DNA of 43,664 bases from an uncultured Bacilli bacterium (GCA_944329385.1 CALVIE010000004.1:1-43664), one strand, 5' to 3'; positions 27,099-40,352 are shown, counted from the stretch's first letter. The notes: generated by a model not told the origin, from the letters alone. A program made the numbers and translations.

Positions 27099-30038
27099 TT
27101 ATTCAATATCTTCTAGTTTTACGCTAACAAGTTTACTGACACCTGATTCTTGCATTGTTATTCCGTATAATATATCAGCATATTCCATGGTAGTTTTTTT
27201 ATGGGTTATGATTATAAATTCTGATTTTTCTTTTAATTTTTGTAGATATTTTCCGAATGTGTTTACGTTAGCTTCATCTAAGGCGGCTTCGACTTCATCT
27301 AATACGCAAAATGGTGATGGTTTTGATTGAATTATAGCAAATAATAAACTTATGGCGGTTAATGTTTTTTCACCACCTGATAATAAGGTAATACTAGTTA
27401 ATTTTTTACCTGGAGGAGATGCGACAATATCAACACCAGTTTGTAGTATATTGTTTGGTTCGGTTAGTTTTAATTCGGCATGCCCACCACCAAATAGTTC
27501 TTTAAATGTTTTTTGAAAGTTTTCGTTTATAAGAGTAAAGGTGTCTTTAAATTCATGAGTCATGACTTTGTCCATTTCTTCGATGATTTGAAGTAAGGTG
27601 TTTTCAGCTTGTGTTAGATCATCAATTTGTTTTTTTAAGAAAATATATCTTGAGTTTACTTCTTCATATTCTTCTGGTGCGGTTAGATTTACAGGTCCTA
27701 GTTGTTTTATCTGTTTTTTTAAGTTTGTAAGCTGATTTTTAGCTTTATCAAAAGGAATTTCAAGTTTATAATTTTCTTTGGCTTTTTCAAAGGTCATACT
27801 ATAATTTTCAGTTAGTGTATTTAAAAGGTTATCTAGTTTGACTTCTAATCTACTTGATTTAATTTCTAAGTCTTTTAATTCGTTTGTTTTAAGGGTATAG
27901 AGAGTATTTTCTTTTTTTAATGATGCTTCATAGTCTTCTAATGTTTCGTTTAGGTTTTGTTTTTCTTTATTTAGATTTTCTAATTCCATTTGGGCTTCGT
28001 TTTTGGTTTTTAAAGCGGCATAATATTTGTTTAATATTTCTTCTTCTTCTTTGGATAGATTACCATTTAGAAGATTATTATTACTTTTGATGTCAAATTT
28101 AATTTGTTTTAGTTTTATTGTTTGATCATTTAATGATTGTTTTTTTGTTTTATATTCTTCTTCTTTTAACATTTTTTCTTTATTTAAAAGATATATTTTA
28201 TCTTCTTTGGCTTTTAGGTTATAGTCAGTTTCATTTATTTTATTTTCTAGTTCTTTTATTTTTGATAAAATATTTTCATTTTGTTTTAATACGTGCTCAA
28301 GCTCATATTTATCGGATATAGTATTTCTTATTTTATTTTGCTTACCGCCTGTCATGGAACCTCCGACGTGAATAATTTCACCATCTAGGGTGACTATACG
28401 GTAACGGTTGTTTATTATTTTACTTATGGATATAGCGGATGTAATATTTTGGGTTACGATTATATTTCCTAATTGGTTTAGAATGATATTTTTATATTTA
28501 GGGTCATATTTTACTAGATTACTGGCAAGATCTATAAAATTTTCATTTTGTTTTATTTTGTTTAAAGTTTCGCTATCAATATATTTAGGTTTAATAATGT
28601 TTAATGGAAAAAAAGTGGCACGTCCAATGTTTTTTAAATAATTAATTGCTTCTTTGGCTGAGTTTTCGTCGGTAGTGATGATATTATTTGTATTATAGCC
28701 TAAAGATGTAGTTATGGCTAGTGCAAATTTTTCATCGGTTTCAACGATGTTTCCTAAAACATTTTCTATTCCTCTTAATTTTGGATTATTTAAGACACTT
28801 TTTACGGCAAGAGGGAGTGCTCCACCGTTTTCAATGCTTTCTTTAAGATTTTCACATTTAAATTCTAGATTATTTTTTTCTCTAATTAAATTGGTTAGTT
28901 TTATTTCTAAGTTGTTTTTTGTTTGTTTGATTTGCTGTTTTTCAATTTCTTCTTTATTTATTTTTTCGGCTGTTTGATCTATTTGTTTGTTTAAAAAAAT
29001 TAAAGTAGTATTTAAGTTATCTATATTATTTTGAACAGTTAATTCTTCTTCTTTTAAATTTAAGATATTTTGATGTAATTTGGTGTTTTCTACTTTATTA
29101 TTTTGCCTTTCTTTGATAATATTTTTTTGACTATTCAACCTTTCTGATAAGGTGGTTAGTTCGATAACTTTATTTTGCATGATTTTTATTTGATTATCTA
29201 ATGAGGCAATGTTTGTTTTAAATTTTTCAATTTGTGCTTCATTTTGGTTACCTTTAGTCATTAAGGATAAAATTTCTTTGTTTAATGATTCTATTTTATC
29301 TTTTGAAGTGTGGTAGTCAAAGTTTATATTTGTAATATCTTCGGTTATTAGTGATATTTCAAGGTTTTCTAATTTGTTTTTTATTTCATTATATTTAGTA
29401 GCTTTATTTTTTGCTTCTTCTAAAGGAGCTAATCTAGTTTCTAGTTCACCTATTATATCGTTTATTCTTTTTTTGTTTTCGTTTGTTTTATTTAATTTTT
29501 TTAAGGCATCTTCTTTTCTTCTTTTATATTTTAAAACGCCAGAGGCTTCTTCAAAGATAACTCTTCTATCTATGGGTTTACTTGAGATAATGCTTTCAAT
29601 TTTACCTTGAGAGATAATGTTGAAGCTTTCTTTTGCAATACTACTATCTAAAAGAAGGTTGGTTAAATCTTTTAATCTTACTTTTTCGTTGTTTAAATAA
29701 TATTCATTACTTCCATCTTTATATACTCTTCTTTTTATTTCTATTTCATCATAATCTAAAGGAAAATATTTGTCTTTATTATCGAAGGTAAGAGATACTG
29801 AGGCAATGTTCATCGGATTTCTAGATTTACTACCTGAGAAAATGACATCACTCATAGTTTCAGCACCTCTTAATGATTTGACTGATTGTTCTCCTAAAAC
29901 CCATCTAATTGCATCGACAATATTGCTTTTTCCGGATCCATTTGGACCTACTATACCATTGATACCATTTGTAAATTCTAAAATAGTTTTGTCAGCAAAG
30001 GATTTAAATCCATGCGCTTTTAATGTTTTTAAATACAT
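27099..30038 (-). CDS. smc: Chromosome partition protein SMC (short, 979 aa)
   Basis: GFKSF, GPNGSGKSN, hinge GRATFFPL...GGSMTGG, LSGGE, LDEVEAALD; likely ATG at 30038 (track start 30092). Confidence 0.96.
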   Translation of the reverse strand: MYLKTLKAHGFKSFADKTILEFTNGINGIVGPNGSGKSNIVDAIRWVLGEQSVKSLRGAETMSDVIFSGSKSRNPMNIASVSLTFDNKDKYFPLDYDEIEIKRRVYKDGSNEYYLNNEKVRLKDLTNLLLDSSIAKESFNIISQGKIESIISSKPIDRRVIFEEASGVLKYKRRKEDALKKLNKTNENKKRINDIIGELETRLAPLEEAKNKATKYNEIKNKLENLEISLITEDITNINFDYHTSKDKIESLNKEILSLMTKGNQNEAQIEKFKTNIASLDNQIKIMQNKVIELTTLSERLNSQKNIIKERQNNKVENTKLHQNILNLKEEELTVQNNIDNLNTTLIFLNKQIDQTAEKINKEEIEKQQIKQTKNNLEIKLTNLIREKNNLEFKCENLKESIENGGALPLAVKSVLNNPKLRGIENVLGNIVETDEKFALAITTSLGYNTNNIITTDENSAKEAINYLKNIGRATFFPLNIIKPKYIDSETLNKIKQNENFIDLASNLVKYDPKYKNIILNQLGNIIVTQNITSAISISKIINNRYRIVTLDGEIIHVGGSMTGGKQNKIRNTISDKYELEHVLKQNENILSKIKELENKINETDYNLKAKEDKIYLLNKEKMLKEEEYKTKKQSLNDQTIKLKQIKFDIKSNNNLLNGNLSKEEEEILNKYYAALKTKNEAQMELENLNKEKQNLNETLEDYEASLKKENTLYTLKTNELKDLEIKSSRLEVKLDNLLNTLTENYSMTFEKAKENYKLEIPFDKAKNQLTNLKKQIKQLGPVNLTAPEEYEEVNSRYIFLKKQIDDLTQAENTLLQIIEEMDKVMTHEFKDTFTLINENFQKTFKELFGGGHAELKLTEPNNILQTGVDIVASPPGKKLTSITLLSGGEKTLTAISLLFAIIQSKPSPFCVLDEVEAALDEANVNTFGKYLQKLKEKSEFIIITHKKTTMEYADILYGITMQESGVSKLVSVKLEDIE

Positions 30039-30132
30039 ATTATCACACCTTACACTATTTTTAATTATACAATAATATGTGCTTTTTAGCAATTATTCCA
30101 AGAAAAAAATCAGTTTTATAACCTGAAATTTT

Positions 30133-30438
30133 TTAACCATTAAATGGATTTTCTTTAGTGATTTTTTTCATTAGTACTTTACCATGTTTTGTAGGTGCGG
30201 GTTCAAAGAAAGATTCTTCTTCGGATTGTAAAATGCTATTAATAATGTCAGATGGTTTTGAAAAGATGATAACATTATTCCAATGTAGTATTAAGGAAGT
30301 ATCATCTAAGAGAGTTAAATTTACTTCATCTTGAGCATATTGGTTATAGTCTTTGATTTTTAAAACATAATTATTATTTTTTAACATTATTACGGCATAT
30401 TTTTCCTCTTTTTTTTCGCCTTTTTGATTATTTTTCAT
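30133..30438 (-). CDS. Hypothetical protein
   Basis: 101-aa ORF with strong AAGGAGG RBS. Confidence 0.65.
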   Translation of the reverse strand: MKNNQKGEKKEEKYAVIMLKNNNYVLKIKDYNQYAQDEVNLTLLDDTSLILHWNNVIIFSKPSDIINSILQSEEESFFEPAPTKHGKVLMKKITKENPFNG

Positions 30439-30483
30439 GTTTTTTCCTCCTTTTATAGTTTTTTTATAAATGTTAGTGAAAAA

Positions 30484-32115
30484 TTATTTATTTTTACCTT
30501 TTTGGTTTTTTTTATATTCTAACATTTGTTTTAATATTATATCACGTTTTTTTAAAATTTCCTGAAATTTTTGAGTGTTTTCATTTTTAACATTAGCTTC
30601 TAGTTCTTGAAATAACTTTATGGCATTTGTTCCAATCCAGTGTTTGTTAAATTCATTGAATAATTGGTTAAGGTTTTCGAAGTTTTCTTTCCCACAAGCG
30701 TTAAAGATATATTCAATATTTCCATTTCTACTTTTAATGATTTCATCTTTAAATTCATTATAAAATGTTTGAGCTAAAAATTTTGTGTTTTGATATATGT
30801 TATTGCTGATATTTTGAGCTTTTTCTTTATTTGTAAACATATATACATTATTTTTATGAAGAATAGACATTATATCTTCGGTAATTAATTCATTAATGAT
30901 TTCGTTAAAGGACTCATAGTTTCTATTTGATAGTTCTGTTTTTAAGGGATACAAATTATTTGATGAGGTGTTTGCTTCATAAATGGTATCCCATCCACAT
31001 ATATATAAAGCTCCATTTTAATCTAAATTTAAAAGGTTTAATTCATAAACGTGATTTAGTTCATGAATGATGTAATTGTCAGTGAAATCAGTTATTTCAT
31101 CAAAGTTAATATTTACAAGGGGCATTTCTATGTATTTGTTATTAATTTTTTTTAAATTTGGAGTAACATAGGTTTTTTGATATATAAATGTTCCAGCGTT
31201 ATAACCACTATCAGAACTTAGTAAGTTTAGATTTTTGATTTTTTCTTCGTTTTGAATATACTGCGGAAGTGATGTATAGTAATCGTTATACATTTTCATT
31301 TCAAAATATTCTTTGGTCAAAATGATTTCTTCTATCAAATCTTGATTTGGAGTCACAGATATGCAGTTTAAAGATTTTTGATATTCTTTATAATCGTTTC
31401 CTAAGTCAATGTTCATTTGTTTGTAGTATTTTATTCTATCGTTTTGAATAGAAATTTTTTGCCATTTTGGGGCGTGTGGGTTATTTAATATAAGGTTACT
31501 ATCTTTGCTAAAAGATTCTATTATTGATGGCACATTTAAGTTATTACCAAAGTAAAGATACATTTTTTTACTTATTTGACCGTTTAAGTTATATTCATTT
31601 AATTCTTCTTCGGTGAAAAGATATTTATATTTTTGAATTAAAGCGTTTAAATATTTATTTTGAATGGTTTGTTTTAATTTTTTACATTTTTTGATATATA
31701 TTTCATAAGGTTTTATGTCTGCTATGAAGGTTGAATACTGCTTTAATAATGTTTTATATATTTGATATATTTCATTTTGTTTTTCATCTTTAATAATTTT
31801 ATTTAAAATATTTTTGTTTAGTGCTTCAAAATTATTATTTATAAAAATTTTATTTTCAATGTTTTGGTATTCAATTTTTGTTTGATTTAAGAATGTTTGT
31901 ATTAAATTTTTATTTTTGGCTTTTTTTAATTCGTGCAGGAGATATTTTAAGCTTTCTGGCGAAATGGTACATATTAAAATCATATTATTTAATTTAGTTA
32001 AAATTTTATCTTTGTTTTCTTCGCCATAAAATTCAATAAATGCTGATATTATATCTGGCATTTTACTTTGGATAGTTTCTTCTTTGTTTAATCTTTTATT
32101 TAATATATCATACAT
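30484..32115 (-). pseudogene. HExxH...E metallopeptidase-like gene split by one in-frame TAA at 31020-31018
   Basis: ORFs 31018..32124 and 30484..30954 are in the same frame and the 21 intervening codons are open; HELNH lies before the stop and FNEIINE after it. Confidence 0.75.
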
Positions 32116-32356
32116 ATTTATCACCGATAATTTCTTTTAAAGCTATATAATATTTTTGGTCTATTCCTTGCCCTTGATATTCAACTTTTTCGTTTTGGGT
32201 GTATATTTTTATATAATATTTTTCACTGTCAAGGTAATTGATTTTATTGGTTTGTTTTTTAAAGTTTCTGATAATTCTTAAAAGAATTTCGATTTTTTCT
32301 TTTTCTTTGATGATGTACAAGTTATTGTTGATCTGTATTTCAATTTTGTTTACCAT
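32108..32356 (-). CDS. Hypothetical protein
   Basis: 82 aa, AAGGTGA RBS, TGTTATAAT extended -10 upstream; overlaps the next gene. Confidence 0.6.
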   Translation of the reverse strand: MVNKIEIQINNNLYIIKEKEKIEILLRIIRNFKKQTNKINYLDSEKYYIKIYTQNEKVEYQGQGIDQKYYIALKEIIGDKYV

Positions 32357-32392
32357 TTTCTCACCTTTTTTATTATAACAGAAAAGAACTAA

Positions 32393-35300
32393 TTAATCCA
32401 TTAGTTCTTGTTCTAGAGCTTCTAGTGGCTCTTCATTAAGCAATTCATTTTCTAAAGTATATTCAGTTTCACGGTATTCACGTGCACCTGTTCCGGCAGG
32501 AATTAATTTACCGATGATAACATTTTCTTTTAATCCTGTTAAGTGGTCTATTTTTCCATGAACTGCAGCGTCTGTTAAAATTCTGGTTGTTTCTTGGAAT
32601 GATGCAGCTGATAGGAAGCTTTCTGTTTCTAAAGATGCTTTGGTAATTCCAAGTAATACTGGTTTTCCAGTTGATGGACGTTTTCCTTCTAGGATTAATT
32701 TTTTATTTTCTTCGGTAAATTTATTAATATTTACCATAGTTCCTGGTAAGAATAATGAATCTCCTGAATCAATAATTCTGATTTTAGAAATCATTCTTCT
32801 TGCCATAATTTCAACGTGTTTATCTGAAATATCAACACCTTGTGAACGATATACTTTTTGTATTTCAAATAAGATATATTCTTGAACAGTTATAGGGTCA
32901 GTGACAACTAATAATTCTTTTGGTGAGATTGCACCGTGAGTAAGTCTTCCACCGGCTTTAACTTCTTCTCCTTTTTCTACGGCAAGTTTTGCACCATAGT
33001 TAGAGATGTGTTCACGAGTTTCAACATCGTTTTTAACATAAATTTTGAAAATTCCATTATCTTCTTCAATTTTAGATACAATACCATTAATTTCTGAGAT
33101 GGTGGCTTTACCTTTAGGGTTTCTGGCTTCAAAAATTTCAGTAACACGAGGTAAACCTTGGGTTATATCATCTCCACCGGCAACTCCACCTGTGTTGAAG
33201 TTTCTCATGGTTAATTGTGTACCTGGTTCACCGATTGACTGAGCGGCCATAATACCAACGGCTTCGCCTAGTTCAACTTCTGAACCAGTAGCTAAGTTGC
33301 GTCCATAACATTTACGGCAAACACCATGATCTGTTTTACATGTTAGAACACTTCTAATTGGAACTTTTGTGATTCCGGCTTTAACAATTTTCTCAGCAAT
33401 TTGTTCAGTGATATATGTATCTTTTTCAAATAATACTTCTTTGGTTTCTGGGTGTAAGATTTTTTTATTAGTATATCTACCAATAATTCTATCTTCTAAT
33501 GATTCTATTAATGTACCGTCTGTGTTATAGAATGCTTCAACAATTACGCCTTGTTCGGTGCCACAGTCATCTTCTTTAACAATAACATCTTGAACGACGT
33601 CGACTAATCTTCTTGTTAAGTATCCAGCATCGGCGGTTTTTAAGGCTGTATCTACAGCACCTTTACGAGTTCCGTGTGTTGATGTAAAGAATTCTGATAC
33701 GGTAACACCTTCTGATAAAGATGACAAAATTGGAATTTCAACGTAGTCACCACTTGGTTTACTCATGATACCACGCATACCAGCCATTTGGCCGTACTGG
33801 TCGATAGAACCACGGGCTTTTGAATCAATCATCATAGTGATAGAAGATTCTGGATTGGCTTTTAATCTTTTATCTAAGTCATTATAGATTTTAGCTTTAG
33901 CATCAAACCATGTTTGAATTACATTATCATATCTTTCTTTATCGGTAATTAAGCCTCTTTTAAACTGTTTAGTGATAGTTTCGATTTTTTTGTTTGCTTC
34001 GTCAATAATTTCGCCTTTAATTGGGCTTTCTTTAATATCGTCGATTGAAATACTGATACCTGATAAGGTTGAATATTTGAAACCTAAATCTTTAATGGCA
34101 TCAAGCATAACTGATGTTTCAGTTGTGTGATAACGTTTATAGATTTGAGCAATTAATCTAACTATCGCGCCTTTATTTAAAGCTTTAACTAAAGGCATTT
34201 TTTCTATTTCTTCCTTGATATTTTTTCCTTTATCGATGAAGTATTTAGTTGGGGTGCATTTTATTGCATTATCAACACTGCTATCATTGATATATTGGAA
34301 AGTATCTGGGAAAACTTCGTTGAATATGATTTTACCAGGAGTTGTAACTAAATATTTATCCATATATTTATCAGGGAAAATTTTATGTCTAAATGATTTT
34401 ACTGGTAAAGCAACTCTTGTATGAAGAGTTATTTCTCTTCTTTCATAGGCCATTATTACATCGTTTGCATTTCTAAAGACTCTACCTTCACCTTCTAGAC
34501 CAGCTTTTTCCATGGTTAGATAATAGTTACCTAAAACCATATCTTGTCCAGGAGTTGCGATTGGAGAACCATCTTTTGGAGATAAGATGTTATTAGCACC
34601 TAACATTAGTAGTCTTGCTTCGGCTTGAGCAGCTTCGCTGATTGGTACATGAACAGCCATTTGGTCACCGTCAAAGTCAGCGTTGAAGGCTGGACATACT
34701 AACGGATGAAGTCTAATGGCTTTTCCTTCAATTAATTTTGGCTCGAAAGCTTGGATACCAAGTCTATGTAAAGTTGGGGCACGGTTAAGAAGAACTGGGT
34801 GTTCTTTTATTTTTTCTTCGACAACATCCCAAACACGTTCATCTTGATTTTCAATCATACGTTTTGCAGCTTTGATGTTGCTGGCAATTTCTTTAGATAC
34901 TAGACCATTTATTACGTGTGGTTTAAATAATTCTAACGCCATTTCTTTTGGAATACCGCACTCATACATTTTAAGTGATGGTCCTACGACGATAACTGAA
35001 CGTCCAGAATAGTCAACACGTTTACCAAGTAGGTTTTGACGGAAACGACCTTGTTTACCTTTTAACATACTTGATAATGATTTTAATGGTCTATTACCAG
35101 GTCCAGTGATATTTTTGCCACGTCTTCCATTATCGAATAAAGCATCGACAGCTTCTTGGAGCATTCTTTTTTCGTTTTGAATGATAATTGAAGGAGCTCC
35201 TAAATCAATTAATTTTTTTAATCTATTATTACGGTTAATGACACGTCTATATAAATCATTTAAATCAGATGTAGCAAATCTTCCACCATCTAATTGGATC

Positions 35301-36028
35301 ATTGGTCTAAGCTCAGGTGGAATTACTGGTAAAGCAGTTAAAATCATCCACTCAGGGCGATTTCCTGATTCTAAGAAAGCATCTAAAACATCTAGTCTTT
35401 TGATTAATCTAATTCGTTTTTGACTTGATGTATCTTTGATTTCAGCTATTTCTTTTTTTATTTCATTTACTTCTTTTTCTAAATCTACTTCTTCTAATAA
35501 TTCTTTGATGGCTTCAGCCCCCATACCTACTCTAAAAGTATTACCATATTTTTCATAGTAGCTTCTATATTCTTTGTCACTGATGGTTTGTTTCTTTTCG
35601 AGTGGGGTATCCCCTTTATCTAGAACAACATAAGAAACAAAGTATAAAACTTCTTCTAATTCTCTTGGTGACATATCAAGAACTAGCCCCATTCTTGATG
35701 GTACACCTTTGAAAAACCAAATGTGTGATACTGGAGTAGCTAGTTCTATATGTCCCATACGCTCACGTCTAACTTTTGATTTAGTAACTTCAACGCCACA
35801 ACGGTCACAGATAATGTTTTTATATCTTAATCTTTTGTATTTTCCGCATGAACATTCGAAATCTTTGGTTGGTCCAAATATTTTTTCACAAAATAATCCG
35901 TCGCGTTCTGGTTTTAATGTTCTATAATTCATGGTTTCAGCTTTTTTTACTTCACCATATGACCATGAACGAATTTTTTCTGGTGAGGCAATGGCAATTC
36001 TTATTCCTTCAAAGCTATTTGCATCCAT
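32393..36028 (-). CDS. rpoC: RNA polymerase beta' subunit
   Basis: [31 protein letters not shown]-terminal Zn finger. Confidence 0.99.
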   Translation of the reverse strand: MDANSFEGIRIAIASPEKIRSWSYGEVKKAETMNYRTLKPERDGLFCEKIFGPTKDFECSCGKYKRLRYKNIICDRCGVEVTKSKVRRERMGHIELATPVSHIWFFKGVPSRMGLVLDMSPRELEEVLYFVSYVVLDKGDTPLEKKQTISDKEYRSYYEKYGNTFRVGMGAEAIKELLEEVDLEKEVNEIKKEIAEIKDTSSQKRIRLIKRLDVLDAFLESGNRPEWMILTALPVIPPELRPMIQLDGGRFATSDLNDLYRRVINRNNRLKKLIDLGAPSIIIQNEKRMLQEAVDALFDNGRRGKNITGPGNRPLKSLSSMLKGKQGRFRQNLLGKRVDYSGRSVIVVGPSLKMYECGIPKEMALELFKPHVINGLVSKEIASNIKAAKRMIENQDERVWDVVEEKIKEHPVLLNRAPTLHRLGIQAFEPKLIEGKAIRLHPLVCPAFNADFDGDQMAVHVPISEAAQAEARLLMLGANNILSPKDGSPIATPGQDMVLGNYYLTMEKAGLEGEGRVFRNANDVIMAYERREITLHTRVALPVKSFRHKIFPDKYMDKYLVTTPGKIIFNEVFPDTFQYINDSSVDNAIKCTPTKYFIDKGKNIKEEIEKMPLVKALNKGAIVRLIAQIYKRYHTTETSVMLDAIKDLGFKYSTLSGISISIDDIKESPIKGEIIDEANKKIETITKQFKRGLITDKERYDNVIQTWFDAKAKIYNDLDKRLKANPESSITMMIDSKARGSIDQYGQMAGMRGIMSKPSGDYVEIPILSSLSEGVTVSEFFTSTHGTRKGAVDTALKTADAGYLTRRLVDVVQDVIVKEDDCGTEQGVIVEAFYNTDGTLIESLEDRIIGRYTNKKILHPETKEVLFEKDTYITEQIAEKIVKAGITKVPIRSVLTCKTDHGVCRKCYGRNLATGSEVELGEAVGIMAAQSIGEPGTQLTMRNFNTGGVAGGDDITQGLPRVTEIFEARNPKGKATISEINGIVSKIEEDNGIFKIYVKNDVETREHISNYGAKLAVEKGEEVKAGGRLTHGAISPKELLVVTDPITVQEYILFEIQKVYRSQGVDISDKHVEIMARRMISKIRIIDSGDSLFLPGTMVNINKFTEENKKLILEGKRPSTGKPVLLGITKASLETESFLSAASFQETTRILTDAAVHGKIDHLTGLKENVIIGKLIPAGTGAREYRETEYTLENELLNEEPLEALEQELMD

Positions 36029-39000
36029 TAATTATCCTCCCCTTCTAAATTTTTTAATTCTTCATCTGTTGGTTCTTGTTCTATTTCGTTTTCCTCAAAT
36101 TCATCTAATTCGTTTTCAAGTTCGCTTGAAGCTGGAGATTTTGTTTCGGTTTGTGTTTTATCTTTTAGAATTTCGCTTTCTAAATCAGTGTCTGGAACAA
36201 ACGAATCTTTTTCAGCTTCTTCTAATTCTTTAAGTTCAACAAATTTTCCGTCTTTATCTAACACAGTAATGTCTAATCCTAGAGCTTGGAATTCTTTAAT
36301 AACTACTCTAAAGCTTTCTGGAACACTAGGTTTTGGCAATTCTTCACCTTTGACTAAGGCTTCATATACTTTAACACGACCAATTACATCGTCTGATTTA
36401 ACAGTCATCATTTCTTGCAAGATATGAGCGGCACCATAAGCATATAGGGCCCAAACTTCCATTTCTCCGAAACGTTGTCCACCAAACTGAGCTTTACCTC
36501 CTAGAGGTTGCTGGGTAACTAACGAATATGGTCCTGTTGATCTTGCGTGAAGTTTATCATCAACCATGTGATCTAGTTTAATCATATACATGACACCAAC
36601 ACTGATTCTATTATCAAATCTTTCTCCAGTTCTTCCGTCATATAGCCACATTTTTCCGTCTTTATCTAATCCAGCTTCTTCTAAGGCTTCAATTATTTCG
36701 GTTCTGGTTGCACCATCAAATACTGGAGTGGCCACATGGATACCTAATGTTTTAGCAGCCATTCCTAAGTGTAATTCTAAGATTTGTCCTAAGTTCATAC
36801 GTGATGGAACACCTAATGGGTTAAGTAAGATGTCAACGGTTTTTCCATTTTTATCATAAGGCATGTCTTCTTCTGGGAGTACTAATGAAACAACACCTTT
36901 ATTTCCATGACGACCTGAGATTTTATCTCCAACACCAATTTTACGTTTTTGAGCAATGTATACTCTAACTTTTTTACTTACGCCAGCTGGAAGTTCATCA
37001 CTATCTTCTTTGGATAAGATTTGAACATCATGAACGATTCCGCCTCCACCGTGCTGAACTCTTAGAGAGGTATCTCTTACTTCTCTTGTTTTTTCTCCGA
37101 AAATTGCGTGAAGAAGTTTTTCTTCTGAGGTAAGTTCTGCCATTCCTTTAGGGGTAACTTTACCAACTAAGATGTCGTCATCTTTTACTTCAGTACCAAT
37201 TCTAATAATACCATTTTCGTCTAGGTTTTTACGAGCTTCTTCTGAAACATTTGGAATATCTCTTGTAAACTCTTCGGCTCCTAATTTAGTATCTCTACAT
37301 TCTATTTCATAGTCTTTGATGTGAATTGATGTGAATACATCGTCATTGACTAATCTTTCGTTTAAGATAACCGCATCTTCATAGTTATAACCATCATAGT
37401 TAACAAAGGCAATGGTTAGGTTTTTACCTAAGGCCATTTCACCTTGGTCAGTTGAAGGTCCATCAGCTATAACTTCACCTGTTTTTACAGTATCTCCTTT
37501 TCTGACGATTGGTTTTTGATGATAGCATGTACCCATGTTACTTCTTTCAAAACCTTCTAGGTAATATGTATCTGTTCCTTTAGCGTTTTTAATAATTATT
37601 TTTCTTGCATCAACGTAATCTACTACACCATCGGCTTTGGCACAAATAACTACACCAGAATCTCTGGCAGCTATTGCTTCGATACCAGTTCCAACATAAG
37701 GGGCTTCAGCTTCTAGTAAAGGTATAGCTTGACGCTGCATGTTAGCACCCATTAAGGCTCTTTTACCATCGTCGTGTTCAAGGAAAGGAATTCCTGAGGT
37801 GGTGATAGAAATAATTTGTTGTGGTGAAACATCGATATAGTCTATTTTTTCTTTTTCGATAATTAAATTATCATTTTGATACCTAACAGGAACTTTATCT
37901 TCTAAAATATTTCCTTCTTCGTCTGATTTGATGGTTGCAGGAGCAATATAGTATTCTAGTTCTTCGTCAGCAGTCATATATTTAATTTCATCAGTTAATT
38001 TACTATTTTCAACTTTTCTATATGGTGTCATTATGAAACCATATTCGTTAACTTTAGCGTAACTTGCTAAAGATGTAATTAATCCAATATTAGGTCCTTC
38101 TGGAGATTCTACTGGACAAAGTCTACCATAGTGTGAAGGATTAACGTCACGAACTTCCATTCCAGCTCTATCTTTTGATAGTCCTCCTGGTCCTAGAGAA
38201 GATAATCTTCTTTTATGGGTTAGTTCTGCGATTGGATTAATTTGATCCATAAATTGTGATAGCTGTGATGAGCCAAAAAATTCTTTGATGGCTGCTGTAA
38301 GTGGTCTTATGTTGATTAAACTTTTTGGCGTTACTTCTGAGATGTCTTGGGTACTCATTCTATCTCTGATCATTCTTTCAATTCGGCTAATACCAATTCT
38401 AAATTGATTTTGAAGTAGCTCTCCTACTTGTCTGACACGTCTATTTGATAAGTGATCAATTTCATCGAATGAACCAATGCCATCTAAAAGGTTTAAGTAA
38501 TATGATAATGAAGCATAAATATCAGATACTGTTAAACGTTTAATATCAATATCTTGGTCATTACCAATTATTTTAACAATTTTATCTGGATTTGTTTTTG
38601 AATATACTTTAACTATTTGAACTGTTCCGTAAGTATCTAGTTCATTATTGATTAAAGTTTCTTTTTTTCCATAACCATTTTGAAAAATTGGTTTTAATTT
38701 GTTTAATATTTCTTTAGTGATTATATCACCGTTTTTGGCAATTATTTCGCCGTCTACTTTGACATCTTCGGCTAATTTAGTACCTAGGAGTCTATCAACA
38801 ACATTTAATTTTTTATTGAATTTATAACGTCCCACTTTAGCCAAGTCATATCTGAAAGCGTCAAAAAATCTAGTAATTAATTGGTTTTTCGCACTTTCTA
38901 AGGTACTAGGTTCGCCTGGTCTTAGTTTTGAGTGAATATCAATTAATGCTTCATCGGTGTTTTTATTAGTGTCTTTTTCTATTGTTTTTATTAAGTAATC

Positions 39001-39645
39001 GTTTTCACCGAATAGGTCTAAAATATCACTATCGCTTGATAGACCAATAGCTCTAAGTAAAGTAGTGATAGGAACTTTTCTTGTTCTATCAATACGAACA
39101 TAGATAATATCTCTTGCGTCGGTTTCAAATTCAAGCCAAGTACCTCTAGTTGGAATTATTTGGGCTCCAACGGTAATTTTTCCGTTTTTCTTGTCTACTT
39201 CTTTGCCAAAATAAACAGAAGGTGAACGAACTAATTGTGATACGATAACACGCTCGGCACCATTGACGATAAATGCTCCGCTATCTGTCATGACTGGCAT
39301 GTCACCTAAATATATTTCTTGTTCTTTAACCTCACCAGTTTCAACATTGAAAAGTCTTGCTTCTACTTTTAGTGGCGCAGCATAAGTAGTATAGCGTTCT
39401 TTGCACTGTTTAATGGTGTGTCTTGGTTCATCAAAACTATAATCACCAAATTCTAAAGACAAATTACCAGTGAAACTTTCCACTGGAAAAATGTCATCAA
39501 ATACTTCTTTGATGCCTTCAGTTATAAACCAATTGTATGAGTCTTTTTGAATTTCTAATAAGTTATTTAATTCAACTTTATTTTTTGTTTTGCCGTAATT
39601 TCTTCTCTCTCTTTTTTTACCTATTTTTTGTACTTTGTATGCCAA
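36028..39645 (-). CDS. rpoB: RNA polymerase beta subunit
   Basis: [34 protein letters not shown]; likely TTG at 39645 after GGGGTGA (track start 39654). Confidence 0.99.
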   Translation of the reverse strand: MAYKVQKIGKKRERRNYGKTKNKVELNNLLEIQKDSYNWFITEGIKEVFDDIFPVESFTGNLSLEFGDYSFDEPRHTIKQCKERYTTYAAPLKVEARLFNVETGEVKEQEIYLGDMPVMTDSGAFIVNGAERVIVSQLVRSPSVYFGKEVDKKNGKITVGAQIIPTRGTWLEFETDARDIIYVRIDRTRKVPITTLLRAIGLSSDSDILDLFGENDYLIKTIEKDTNKNTDEALIDIHSKLRPGEPSTLESAKNQLITRFFDAFRYDLAKVGRYKFNKKLNVVDRLLGTKLAEDVKVDGEIIAKNGDIITKEILNKLKPIFQNGYGKKETLINNELDTYGTVQIVKVYSKTNPDKIVKIIGNDQDIDIKRLTVSDIYASLSYYLNLLDGIGSFDEIDHLSNRRVRQVGELLQNQFRIGISRIERMIRDRMSTQDISEVTPKSLINIRPLTAAIKEFFGSSQLSQFMDQINPIAELTHKRRLSSLGPGGLSKDRAGMEVRDVNPSHYGRLCPVESPEGPNIGLITSLASYAKVNEYGFIMTPYRKVENSKLTDEIKYMTADEELEYYIAPATIKSDEEGNILEDKVPVRYQNDNLIIEKEKIDYIDVSPQQIISITTSGIPFLEHDDGKRALMGANMQRQAIPLLEAEAPYVGTGIEAIAARDSGVVICAKADGVVDYVDARKIIIKNAKGTDTYYLEGFERSNMGTCYHQKPIVRKGDTVKTGEVIADGPSTDQGEMALGKNLTIAFVNYDGYNYEDAVILNERLVNDDVFTSIHIKDYEIECRDTKLGAEEFTRDIPNVSEEARKNLDENGIIRIGTEVKDDDILVGKVTPKGMAELTSEEKLLHAIFGEKTREVRDTSLRVQHGGGGIVHDVQILSKEDSDELPAGVSKKVRVYIAQKRKIGVGDKISGRHGNKGVVSLVLPEEDMPYDKNGKTVDILLNPLGVPSRMNLGQILELHLGMAAKTLGIHVATPVFDGATRTEIIEALEEAGLDKDGKMWLYDGRTGERFDNRISVGVMYMIKLDHMVDDKLHARSTGPYSLVTQQPLGGKAQFGGQRFGEMEVWALYAYGAAHILQEMMTVKSDDVIGRVKVYEALVKGEELPKPSVPESFRVVIKEFQALGLDITVLDKDGKFVELKELEEAEKDSFVPDTDLESEILKDKTQTETKSPASSELENELDEFEENEIEQEPTDEELKNLEGEDN

Positions 39646-39716
39646 GTATTTCACCCCTATAAACTAGTTTTTCAGATTTTTCATGTACCATTAAGAGTAC
39701 ATGTCGCCAATTTATA

Positions 39717-39745
39717 ATTATAAAGGTTTTACCCTCAAAAGTCAA
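39717..39745 (-). promoter_or_regulatory. rpoBC sigma-A promoter
   Basis: TTGACT (39745-39740), 17 bp, TATAAT (39722-39717). Confidence 0.75.
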
Positions 39746-40326
39746 CGCTTTTTAGCACATATTATAAAAAAACCTTTATTTTTTGTGACTACGGTAGCCT
39801 CATAGTCTTTTTGTATATCTTTGAGGATCGTTTTTGCGCCCCCATTTTTATTTACAACAAGCCAAAGTTCTCCGTTTTCTTTTAAATAATCTTGAGCTTT
39901 AAATAGTATATCATATAGTATTTTTTTACCTACTCTAATGGGTGGATTTGTAATTATAAAATCATATTTTTTTGTGACATTTTCATAAAGATTGCTGGTA
40001 AAAATATTTACTTTAACATTGTTTAAACGAGCGTTTTCTTTAGCTAAGTTTACAGCTCTTAGATTTATGTCAAGCATATCAACGGAGGCTTTAGTGGTTT
40101 TTTTTAAGTAAATTCCGATTGGTCCATAGCCACATCCAAAATCCAAAACATCACCTTTGAGGTTTTCTAGGTCAATATTTTCAAGTAAAGTCCTAGTACC
40201 AAAATCTAAGCCTTTTTTTGAAAATATCCCACTGTCAGTAATAAAGGTCAATTTTGTATTTTTGATAATGACATTTATTTTTTGCTTGTTACTTTTTATA
40301 TAATCATTTGTAAAATAATGTGACAT
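39742..40326 (-). CDS. Class I SAM-dependent methyltransferase (YbxB/RsmC-like)
   Basis: MSHYF, VLDFGCGYG, TNPPIR; conserved Bacilli position between rplL and rpoB; TGA stop. Confidence 0.92.
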   Translation of the reverse strand: MSHYFTNDYIKSNKQKINVIIKNTKLTFITDSGIFSKKGLDFGTRTLLENIDLENLKGDVLDFGCGYGPIGIYLKKTTKASVDMLDINLRAVNLAKENARLNNVKVNIFTSNLYENVTKKYDFIITNPPIRVGKKILYDILFKAQDYLKENGELWLVVNKNGGAKTILKDIQKDYEATVVTKNKGFFIICAKKR

Positions 40327-40352
40327 TTTCTTCTCCTTTTAATAAACGGGCA

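Noticed and set aside
31018-31020. Stop-codon reassignment or programmed readthrough at the internal TAA
   Set aside because: TAA terminates most genes in the window; a point mutation or sequencing error is simpler
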